DNA of 64,000 nucleotides from an uncultured bacterium (GTDB lineage Bacteria; Fidelibacterota; Marinisomatia; SCGC-AAA003-L08; JACNLC01): positions 6,421 to 70,420 of the forward strand of contig CAYPCW010000003.1 in assembly GCA_964409335.1 (NCBI GenBank), in the 5' to 3' direction. How positions within the stretch are numbered: position 1 is the stretch's first letter; every line of letters starts with the position of its first letter. Positions 9,227-17,409 of the stretch are shown one piece after another. The notes beneath the pieces were generated by a model. That model was given only the letters and a program-made list of their open reading frames with translations. It was not told the DNA's origin and ran no database searches. The position numbers and the translations under genes are program-made.

Positions 9227-10579
9227 TTACCGGATGACCGGTTTGACTAAAATCTGATTTCCATCAATCCCATCAACCAGTATATTGGTCTCAGAATTGA
9301 TGAACTCGCCATGAGACAAGACCTGATACTCCTTTCCGTCAATGATGGCTTTCCCTGAAGGTCTGAGTTTTGTGACTGTTTTTCCTGTCTTTCCCACGAG
9401 TTGATCATATCCCTTCGAAATGGTAAATCCCTCAGACTTCTTCTGTGGCGTAAAGGGAATATATTTTTGATATAGATTGCTTTTCGTCAGCGCTTTGAAG
9501 AAAATAACCCCGGTAATGACCATGATGATGATCGCAATAGTTATCCCATAGAATGCCTCCAAAACTTCTCCTGGAGCCGGATGGGGAGCCAGCAGCATTT
9601 TAAAAATGCTGAACAGGATTAATGCAATCCCGGAAATACCGGTAACGCCAAACCCTGGGATGACTAACACCTCTACCACGATCAGAATAATACCGGAAAT
9701 TAAGAGAATAATTTCAAAAACATCCGCCAATCCCACGAGTAGATGAGAGCCGAAAAACAGTCCCAGACAGATCAGCCCGAAGATCCCCGGGAACCCGAAA
9801 CCAGGTGATTTAATTTCAAAAAATATACCTAATAATCCAAGGGATAACAGCAACGGCGCCACTGTCGGACTCGTAAAAAACCGGACTATTTGTTCTGACC
9901 AGGATACTTTGACTTCCACGATTTTCCAACCATCAGGCAGGAGATAATCAAGTAATTCATCCCGGGTTTCGTAGGTCCCTGATGCGATATTTAATCTCAG
10001 GGCTAAATCGGTTGAGAGGGTTATCAGTTTTCCGGATTTAAATCCACTGATATCAGAAGCAGTGAGTGTATCACCTTTCGAATCAATGACGAATGGTATT
10101 TCAATTTCTTCATCGACCATCGCCGCAGCAACATCCCGGTTACGATGATGCGCTTCTGCGGTTGACGCCATTTCCTCCCGCATATATGAGATAACTTTTT
10201 CGGATGCTTTTTTGCCCGATTGATCTACGGCCGTTGCGGCACCGATTGTACCTCCGCTGGCCATAAAAATAGAATCGCATGACAATGAGATGAGTGCGCC
10301 CGCAGATATCGCACGGCGATTTACAAATACGACAGTGGGAATTGTACTTCCAAGAATAGCATCTTTGATCCGTGTCGCCGCATCCACACGCCCGCCAAAA
10401 GTATCGATATCAAACAGAATGAATTCTGCTTTGTTGTCTTCTGCTTCACGGATTCCACGCTCTATGTAATAGGGAAGACCCATGTCGATTTCACCATGAA
10501 TTTTGATGCTGTACACCAGAGGGTCTTGAGAAAATAAGAGTGTGAGCAGTAGGATTAGAAAGAGAATCTTGGTTTTCAT
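9227..10579 (-). CDS. NfeD family membrane-bound ClpP-class protease
   Basis: N-terminal ClpP-like fold (RAISAGALISL), four to five central TM helices, and a C-terminal NfeD OB-like domain (GKTGKTVTKLRPSGKAIIDG). The start is placed at MKTKILFLILL (signal peptide) rather than the ORF-track start at 10636. Confidence 0.8.
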   Translation of the reverse strand: MKTKILFLILLLTLLFSQDPLVYSIKIHGEIDMGLPYYIERGIREAEDNKAEFILFDIDTFGGRVDAATRIKDAILGSTIPTVVFVNRRAISAGALISLSCDSIFMASGGTIGAATAVDQSGKKASEKVISYMREEMASTAEAHHRNRDVAAAMVDEEIEIPFVIDSKGDTLTASDISGFKSGKLITLSTDLALRLNIASGTYETRDELLDYLLPDGWKIVEVKVSWSEQIVRFFTSPTVAPLLLSLGLLGIFFEIKSPGFGFPGIFGLICLGLFFGSHLLVGLADVFEIILLISGIILIVVEVLVIPGFGVTGISGIALILFSIFKMLLAPHPAPGEVLEAFYGITIAIIIMVITGVIFFKALTKSNLYQKYIPFTPQKKSEGFTISKGYDQLVGKTGKTVTKLRPSGKAIIDGKEYQVLSHGEFINSETNILVDGIDGNQILVKPVIR

Positions 10580-10930
10580 GATGATAAAATTACGTCTATG
10601 CCATAAAAACTCCCAATATCTAACATGCCCCATCAAACAGATGGGATGGCATTTTTATCGCCTGTAATTAAGTTACATTTGTCAAACCATGCTGGTGTCG
10701 AATTTAATTATTCCATACGATTTACAAATGTTTGAATCCTTCGAATTCGAGATTATACCTTCAAATTTATTCCACCAAATCTTTTCCCCAAGGAATGTCA
10801 TGATAGTAAAGCCCAATAAACCTGGATTGTAAAACCGAATGCGTAAGCCGTACTTATTGAAATAACACCCTGTCTTACATTTCAGAACGAAGTAAATTTC
10901 AGCTTAAAATCTTGATCTGAATGACAACAG

Positions 10931-11788
10931 ATGCTGAGAAATACTATCATATATTATTCCTTTTTTACATGGTGCTGGATCATTGGTCACATGCCAGAAA
11001 AACTGATACGGGCTATTGGCCGCGGGGTTGGGGTTTTTATATATTATATCATTCCAATTCGCAGATCGGTATCCCGTAAAAATATCCGTCTTGCATTCCC
11101 CAAACACGATACCGGCGAAATTGACAGGACCCAAAAAAAAATGTACCGCCATTATGGGATGGTTATGATGGAATTTTTCTCTTTACCATTTCTGTCATCC
11201 GATAAGTTAGGAAAAAAATGGGGGCTTTCCCCGGATGCTGAGAACATATGCCAATCCCATAAAAACGGCATCATCCTGAGTGCCCATTTCGGCAACTGGG
11301 AGTTGATCCCTCATATTTTAGCTTCTAAAGGTCTTTCCATGATTGCGATAGTGAGACCTCAGAAAAATGCCGGGTTCGATCGGATGATTACCCGGATCAG
11401 AAATTCCAGTGGCTGTAAGATGATATCTTCAAAAGCTTCTTCCCGTGACATTTTAAAAGAAATGCCCGGCAATTTTCTAATCGTTCTCGGTGATCAACGA
11501 GGAGGCAGACATGGGGTAGATATCGATTTTTTCGGGAAAAAGGCACGATCACCCAAAGGGTTCTGTGTTTTTCACCTTAAAACCGGAATCCCTATCTTTT
11601 TTACAACGGTCACTCTCGGTGATGATGGCCGGTACTTCATGAACATGGAAGAAATAAAGATAGACGCCGGGAATGCTAATATAGAAGAACAGATAAGAAT
11701 CATCGATCAAAAGTACCATCACTTGCTGGAAACAGAAATCAAGCGCTATCCGGAACAATATTTCTGGTTTCACAGAAAGTGGTTGTAA
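10931..11788 (+). CDS. lipid A biosynthesis (Kdo)2-lipid IVA acyltransferase family protein (LpxL/HtrB-like)
   Basis: 285 aa. LSAHFGNWELIP acyltransferase motif and the C-terminal PEQYFWFHRKW tail typical of the LpxL/LpxM/LpxP family. Lies in LPS gene context. Confidence 0.75.
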   Translation: MLRNTIIYYSFFTWCWIIGHMPEKLIRAIGRGVGVFIYYIIPIRRSVSRKNIRLAFPKHDTGEIDRTQKKMYRHYGMVMMEFFSLPFLSSDKLGKKWGLSPDAENICQSHKNGIILSAHFGNWELIPHILASKGLSMIAIVRPQKNAGFDRMITRIRNSSGCKMISSKASSRDILKEMPGNFLIVLGDQRGGRHGVDIDFFGKKARSPKGFCVFHLKTGIPIFFTTVTLGDDGRYFMNMEEIKIDAGNANIEEQIRIIDQKYHHLLETEIKRYPEQYFWFHRKWL

Positions 11789-11837
11789 AGTATTAATTTA
11801 ACTCTGTTATTTTTTTTAATAATTATGCCATAAGAAA

Positions 11838-12419
11838 ATGATCTATCCCGCTAAAAAAGAATATTTGAATTTTGCATCTGAATTGGTGAAAGCCGGTGAA
11901 ATTATTGTGTATCCCACAGATACTTTGTACGGGCTGGGCGTTGATGCCACTAATTCGGAATCCATCCGACAAATCAATATTCTGAAAGGGAGAAGCGAAC
12001 CACTCAGTATCGTCGTTTCCGACCTGGATATGATCGATGAGTTTGCCATCATAGACCCGGAATTTTCAAACATCATTTCGACCTTCCTGCCTGGTCCGTT
12101 TACCTTTCTGTTGCGGAAGAAATCCTCCATATTGTCGTCTTTAGTCACCTTAGGTACGCAAATATTGGGTATCCGGATTCCAGATCATAATTTCCCCAGA
12201 AATATTGTCCGAAAAGTGGGCAAACCAATTATTACCACCAGCATCAACCGGCACGGGAAACAACCGCTGACTCAGGTGAGTCAGGTCGAAATTGATTTCC
12301 CCGACCTGTCCATTTTTGAAGACCAAAAAGTCAGGGATTCTCTGGGTTCAACAATTATTGATCTGACAACATCCACCCCAAAAATTGTAAGACAGGGAGA
12401 CGGATCATTTTCTTTATGA
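11838..12419 (+). CDS. tsaC: L-threonylcarbamoyladenylate synthase (TsaC/YrdC family)
   Basis: 193 aa. YPTDTLYGLGVDA, KGR...PLS and the TSIN motif of the YrdC/Sua5 fold. Confidence 0.85.
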   Translation: MIYPAKKEYLNFASELVKAGEIIVYPTDTLYGLGVDATNSESIRQINILKGRSEPLSIVVSDLDMIDEFAIIDPEFSNIISTFLPGPFTFLLRKKSSILSSLVTLGTQILGIRIPDHNFPRNIVRKVGKPIITTSINRHGKQPLTQVSQVEIDFPDLSIFEDQKVRDSLGSTIIDLTTSTPKIVRQGDGSFSL

Positions 12420-14248
12420 GAACTTCCACAAAAGTATTTCAATACATCAAACCGTATAAGTTCATCCTCATTCTGTCGATCGTATCCTCGTTATTATATG
12501 CAATATTAAGTTCCTCTTCAATCTGGATGGTGGGGACGCTGATGGATAAAGTGATTTCTCCTCACCCCGCCGAAACAGTTAGTCCCGGTTCCCCGGAAGG
12601 ATTCACAAATGTGAATCAATCTCTCAAAGCGTGGAATCAGGTCCTCATCGGAGACGGGGCTCCTCGTGAGCAGCTATTACATCTGTGTTTGTGGCTTGTC
12701 GCCATTTTTATTTTAAAGAACATCTTTTTTTATCTGAACACAGTCTCTATTGCCTATGCACAGAATAAGATCATTCTCGATATCAGGGTACTCCTTTTTA
12801 AACATCTTCACCAACTGCCCTTATCTTATTTCGAACGAAGTAAATCCGCAGAGTTGCAAACCATTATGATTCGGGATGTTGCCGCATTAAATGCATCACT
12901 GAGTCAGAGCCTTCAGAAATTAATTGTTGAACCGGTGAATATTCTCATTTTTATCGTTCTTTTGTTTATCATTGATATCCAATTGACCCTGATCGCCTTG
13001 ATTATGATCCCGATATCCGGGATTGTCATTACCAAACTTGGTCAGAGTATTCGCCGAAAATCGAAGCGTTCCAGCATTAAAATCGCAGGAATTTCAAATA
13101 TTTTGCAGGAGACTCTCTCAGGCATCCGGATCGTAAAATCATTTGCAATGGAAAAATTCGAAACCATAAGGTTTATTTCTGAAAATAAAAAATTTTTCAC
13201 ATTATCTTTTCGCCATGCGAAAATGAGTCAGCTCAGTACACCAATTAACGAAATTATCGGAGTAACCATCGGCGTCATTTTATTGTGGACAGGCGGTTCT
13301 GCGGTACTGAGCGGACAAGGATTGAGCCACGACGATTTTATGCGTTTTATCCTGGTATTATTTGCGCTGCTCCAACCTGCACGTAAATTGGGGAATGTCT
13401 CTGCCCAAATCCAGACAGGATTGGCATCTGCAGACAGAATTTTTAATATCCTGGAGGTGCATCCCGCTATACAGGATAGCGATCAGGCAGAATCCATAAA
13501 ATCTTTTAATCACTCAATTCAATTCAAAGATGTGACATTTAAATATGACAGCGGGAACGGACCGTCCCTTCGTAATGTTTCGGTGACAATCAACAAAGGG
13601 GAAATAGTAGCGCTGGTGGGAAGAAGCGGTGCGGGGAAATCTACTTTTGTTGATCTGATCCCCCGGTTTTACGATGTGGCATCCGGCCAAATTTGCCTGG
13701 ACGACAGGGATATCCGCCTGATCAGCCTTCGCTCTCTCAGATCGATTTTAGGTATCGTTATGCAGGATACTTTTTTATTTAACGACACGATCGCCAACAA
13801 TATTTCCTATGGCAAACCCGATTGTTCACAGGATGAATTGATCCAGGCGACCATCGCAGCAAACGCTTTGGAATTTATCGAAAAACTGCCTGATGGATTT
13901 GAAACCGTCGTTGGTGAAAAAGGGACGCTTTTATCAGGGGGGCAGCGTCAGCGAATTTCCATCGCCAGGGCAATTTTAAAAAACCCACCCATTCTCATAT
14001 TTGATGAAGCCACTTCGGCGTTGGATACGGAATCAGAGCAGAAAGTTCAGGAGGCCATCGACAGACTGGTGATCAACAAAACGGTCATCGTGATCGCACA
14101 CAGATTATCGACCATTCGAAGGGCAGATAAGATCATTGTTTTTGATCAGGGCCGGATTATCGAAACCGGAACACATGATAATCTTATGGGATATAAAAGC
14201 ACCTACAGACAGTTTTACGATATCCAGTTTGGCCGGGAAGAAGCATGA
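12416..14248 (+). CDS. msbA: ABC exporter, permease/ATPase fusion, MsbA-like lipid A flippase
   Basis: 610 aa. Six-TM domain plus NBD with Walker A GRSGAGKST, signature LSGGQRQR and Walker B ILIFDEATSALD. The MsbA assignment rests on the lipid A/Kdo neighbourhood. Confidence 0.75.
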   Translation: MRTSTKVFQYIKPYKFILILSIVSSLLYAILSSSSIWMVGTLMDKVISPHPAETVSPGSPEGFTNVNQSLKAWNQVLIGDGAPREQLLHLCLWLVAIFILKNIFFYLNTVSIAYAQNKIILDIRVLLFKHLHQLPLSYFERSKSAELQTIMIRDVAALNASLSQSLQKLIVEPVNILIFIVLLFIIDIQLTLIALIMIPISGIVITKLGQSIRRKSKRSSIKIAGISNILQETLSGIRIVKSFAMEKFETIRFISENKKFFTLSFRHAKMSQLSTPINEIIGVTIGVILLWTGGSAVLSGQGLSHDDFMRFILVLFALLQPARKLGNVSAQIQTGLASADRIFNILEVHPAIQDSDQAESIKSFNHSIQFKDVTFKYDSGNGPSLRNVSVTINKGEIVALVGRSGAGKSTFVDLIPRFYDVASGQICLDDRDIRLISLRSLRSILGIVMQDTFLFNDTIANNISYGKPDCSQDELIQATIAANALEFIEKLPDGFETVVGEKGTLLSGGQRQRISIARAILKNPPILIFDEATSALDTESEQKVQEAIDRLVINKTVIVIAHRLSTIRRADKIIVFDQGRIIETGTHDNLMGYKSTYRQFYDIQFGREEA

Positions 14249-14928
14249 CCTGTGCCGTCATTGTAGCCGGCGGTGAGGGTACGCGTATCCAGAGTCAAAT
14301 TCCAAAACAATATTTGACCATCAATGGGCGACAGGTCCTATCCTTTTCGGTGGATACATTTCTCGAACATCCTATGATCAATAAGGTTATATTAGTTGTA
14401 TCTCTACATTATGCCCGACAGGTAAAAAAAAATTATCCCGGTTGCCATGTGGTATTAGGTGGCAAGACAAGGCAGGCTTCCTCTACCAATGGTGTAAACG
14501 CCGTACCACCCGGTACTGAAAAAGTGCTCGTTCACGATGCTGCACGACCCTTTGTCACCCATCAAATGATCACAGAGTGTGTAGAAAGTCTGGATGAATG
14601 TGACGGGGCAGTACCAATCTTGACGCCAGATAATACTATGATTATGCTCAACAATGGAACACTGGCATATTTAGACCGGCAGAAAGTAAAAGCAGTACAG
14701 ACCCCCCAGGGATTCAGGAACGGAATATTGACAAAAGCTCAACGATCGGGATTTGAAACCACTGATGAACTTGGGCTGGTTCTATTATCGAGCCCTAAAG
14801 CCAAAATTCATCTGTTTGCCGGCGATGATCGTAATTTTAAAATTACTACGCCCTTAAACCTTGAACTTGCATCCATCATGGCTACCCAGTGGAATAGCCG
14901 AGAAAATTTTCAGGATCTAAAATATTAA
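14245..14928 (+). CDS. ispD: IspD-family cytidylyltransferase (2-C-methyl-D-erythritol 4-phosphate cytidylyltransferase, or a TarI-like paralogue)
   Basis: 227 aa. VIVAGGEGTRI, IPKQYL and VLVHDAARPF motifs. Substrate cannot be fixed from sequence alone (see findings). Confidence 0.7.
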   Translation: MTCAVIVAGGEGTRIQSQIPKQYLTINGRQVLSFSVDTFLEHPMINKVILVVSLHYARQVKKNYPGCHVVLGGKTRQASSTNGVNAVPPGTEKVLVHDAARPFVTHQMITECVESLDECDGAVPILTPDNTMIMLNNGTLAYLDRQKVKAVQTPQGFRNGILTKAQRSGFETTDELGLVLLSSPKAKIHLFAGDDRNFKITTPLNLELASIMATQWNSRENFQDLKY

Positions 14929-14975
14929 TATTCTTAATTCCATCTTAATCCTATAGGTTCGGAAACAATGAAATC

Positions 14976-16034
14976 ATGAAAATATTTTTTTTAATGAAAT
15001 ACGACAGTTTTGTCACCACTTTAACACCGGTGATCAGGCATATTATATCACTTGGAATTGAACCGGAAGTTGCCCTTCTGGTTCTGCCCGGTAAAAATTG
15101 GGTAACCTCAAAAGTTACCAATCAATTGGAAGGCATTTCCTATGAAATTCTGACCCGAAAACAGGTCCGTTCCCGGGCAAAAAGACATTATGATGTTGCG
15201 GTTATAGGAACCGTGGGTGGCAGATCATTACACCGGTTTATCCGTAAATTCAGGAAAGAATCTCCCGCTACCCGAATCATCACCGGATATGCGGGAATGC
15301 TGCTGAACAACAATTATCGTGGTTTTTTACATGGTTTACGGGGGAGGTTGGGGTCGAATATTATTTGGACGCCGGGTGAAACATCGAGACAAAAGGTATT
15401 ATCCTCGGGACTTATTCGTCAGGGTGAACGGGTGATGACGTCAGGCATCCCCCGGTTTGATAACCTTTTCAAATTATCCATGACATGGGCAAATAACAGG
15501 GACCGGACGCAAATCCTTTTCATCGAACAACCTACATTCCCGAAAAGGAAACACGACCGATTCAAACTCGCAAAATTTTTATGTGATTTGGCACGTGTGG
15601 AATCAGAGTGTACCGTGGTGTTAAAGCCCAGGTTCTCAAAACGGATACCGCACACCCACGCTCCAAAACATTTAATGCAGGAAATGATTGAAACCATGCC
15701 CGATACTCCCGCAAACCTGGTCGTTTCATACGAACATTTATATGATCATTTACCACAAACAAAATATGCAATAAGTATCAGTTCTACCGGTGCGGTTGAA
15801 TCCATGCTCGTCGGTATCGATACTTTTTTTATCCATGATTTTTGCGGAAAGAAGAATAAGTACGGATCGAATGATTTTAAAGATGCAGGGAGTGTGGTGT
15901 CAATGGATCGGTTATTAAAACAGGAGAGGTCCGATGTAAATCTGGATTTTGCAAGGTCTATATTTCGTTTTGACGGTCTAAACACAGAACGGCTGGCGAA
16001 TTTGGTGCTGTACAATCAAATGGAAAAACCATGA
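14976..16034 (+). CDS. hypothetical protein, possible GT-B-like (capsule-synthesis/KpsS-like or sialyltransferase-like) transferase
   Basis: 352-aa ORF with no signal peptide. The C-terminal segment AISISSTGAVESMLVGIDTFFI resembles the nucleotide-sugar-binding half of GT-B transferases. Sits in a glycan cluster. The family call is weak. Confidence 0.45.
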   Translation: MKIFFLMKYDSFVTTLTPVIRHIISLGIEPEVALLVLPGKNWVTSKVTNQLEGISYEILTRKQVRSRAKRHYDVAVIGTVGGRSLHRFIRKFRKESPATRIITGYAGMLLNNNYRGFLHGLRGRLGSNIIWTPGETSRQKVLSSGLIRQGERVMTSGIPRFDNLFKLSMTWANNRDRTQILFIEQPTFPKRKHDRFKLAKFLCDLARVESECTVVLKPRFSKRIPHTHAPKHLMQEMIETMPDTPANLVVSYEHLYDHLPQTKYAISISSTGAVESMLVGIDTFFIHDFCGKKNKYGSNDFKDAGSVVSMDRLLKQERSDVNLDFARSIFRFDGLNTERLANLVLYNQMEKP

Positions 16035-16127
16035 CGAAAAAAGTCATTATTTTCAGATCAATATTATGTTTGATGTCTATGCGTTTACACGTTTAAACAA
16101 TGTACCCGTTGAGTTAGAATAATTGCT

Positions 16128-16727
16128 GTGTCATCGCATTCGATACTCATTATAGGTAATGGACAATCGGTTATGAACCATCAAATGGGTTCTGTAATTG
16201 ATACATTTACAACGGTAGGGAGGATCAATAATTACTCCACATCAGGGTTTGAGAATTATGTCGGATCCAAAACTCAAATCTGGTTTAACGGCGCCAATCA
16301 GAATCTGAAAAAGAGAGTTCAGATTCCCGAACGTGTCGTGGTCTTTATCCCGGCCGAAATTCTTTGGCGGAAGGGAGAATCCATTCATGAGCGAATCACC
16401 AGACGGTTAGGTATTCCCCGGTCGCGGTATGAGTTGACGAGCCTGAAAGACATGGAAGTCCTGGAACAGAAGTGCGGTATTTTACGTCCGACCACGGGTA
16501 CCGCATCTATTTTGTGGGCGATAGGTCAGTTTGAGGAGGTGATCATCTATGGATTCGATTTTTTCATAGACTCAAAAGCACATTACAATGATCGAAAGTG
16601 GATGAACTGGCTCATCCAAAAAGGAGTGTTAACAAAGGGGAGGAAACACGACATGACATCAGAAAAAATATTTATTGAATCTCTTCTTATCGAAGGTAAA
16701 ATCAAGAGGTTATCCACCCATGAATGA
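16128..16727 (+). CDS. minimal sialyltransferase-like protein (GT29/GT42-type sialyl motifs)
   Basis: 199 aa, GTG start. ILIIGNGQS...IDTFTTVGRINNY resembles sialyl motif L (and CstII VIIAGNGPS...DVFRCN). RPTTGTASILWAIGQFEEVIIYGFDFF resembles motif S. KHDMTSE gives an H-x4-E as in motif VS. Overlaps the neuA start. Confidence 0.55.
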   Translation: MSSHSILIIGNGQSVMNHQMGSVIDTFTTVGRINNYSTSGFENYVGSKTQIWFNGANQNLKKRVQIPERVVVFIPAEILWRKGESIHERITRRLGIPRSRYELTSLKDMEVLEQKCGILRPTTGTASILWAIGQFEEVIIYGFDFFIDSKAHYNDRKWMNWLIQKGVLTKGRKHDMTSEKIFIESLLIEGKIKRLSTHE

Positions 16728-17409
16728 GATTTTTGCCTTCATTCCTGCCCGCGGTGGCAGTAAAGGAATTCCGCATAAAAATATCAAGCCCTTTGCCGGT
16801 AAACCCCTGATCGTGCATACCATAGAAAATGCCCTGAATACCCCTCAGGTTGACAAGGTATATGTCTCGACAGAAGATGCCCAAATTACGTCGGTTGCAA
16901 AACAAGCCGGCGCTAAAGCCGTGATTCGCCCGACCGAAATTTCCGGGGATACTGCATCGACCGAATCCGCAATTCACCATTTTTTAGACACACTCAGGGC
17001 GGATGATATCTTTCCGGACATTATCGTGCTCATGCAAGCTACCAGCCCCTATCGCCCGGAAGATGCCCTTGCAAAAGCAATTGATCATTTTATCCTCAAC
17101 CGCCTGGACTCTCTTCTCACTCTGACACCAACTCACCACTTTTTCTGGACCATAGAGAATGATTTAGCCCTTCCGGATTATGATTATTTGAATCGCCCGC
17201 GCAGACAGGATATGAATCCACGGGATATCCGCTATACCGAAAACGGATCCTTTTATATTTTCACACGTCAGTCGTTTCTGAAGTCCGGTAACCGGTTGGG
17301 AGGGAAAATCGGATATTTTCTGCTGCCTGAAAAATACAGTTTTCAAATCGATACCGAGTTGGATTTTACCTTTTTAGAAAATATTTATCGGGAAAATGAG
17401 GGTAAATGA
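16720..17409 (+). CDS. neuA: N-acylneuraminate (CMP-nonulosonate) cytidylyltransferase
   Basis: IPARGGSKGIPHKNI motif at the N-terminus and MQATSPYR. The start is placed at ATG 16720 (ATGAATGA overlap with the upstream stop) rather than the ORF-track 16675. Confidence 0.85.
   Translation: MNEIFAFIPARGGSKGIPHKNIKPFAGKPLIVHTIENALNTPQVDKVYVSTEDAQITSVAKQAGAKAVIRPTEISGDTASTESAIHHFLDTLRADDIFPDIIVLMQATSPYRPEDALAKAIDHFILNRLDSLLTLTPTHHFFWTIENDLALPDYDYLNRPRRQDMNPRDIRYTENGSFYIFTRQSFLKSGNRLGGKIGYFLLPEKYSFQIDTELDFTFLENIYRENEGK

Noticed and set aside
10580-10636. N-terminal extensions given by the ORF track (also 61294-61425, 16675-16719, 40973-41005, 43588-43599)
   Set aside because: In each case an internal ATG gives a proper signal peptide or conserved N-terminus, and it also gives a typical stop/start overlap or Shine-Dalgarno spacing. 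The extensions overlap upstream genes or encode atypical sequence.
10741-10750. Perfect 10-bp palindrome TCGAATTCGA in the nfeD/lpxL divergent spacer as an operator
   Set aside because: Tens of 10-bp palindromes are expected by chance in 64 kb, and no second half-site or repeat lies nearby.
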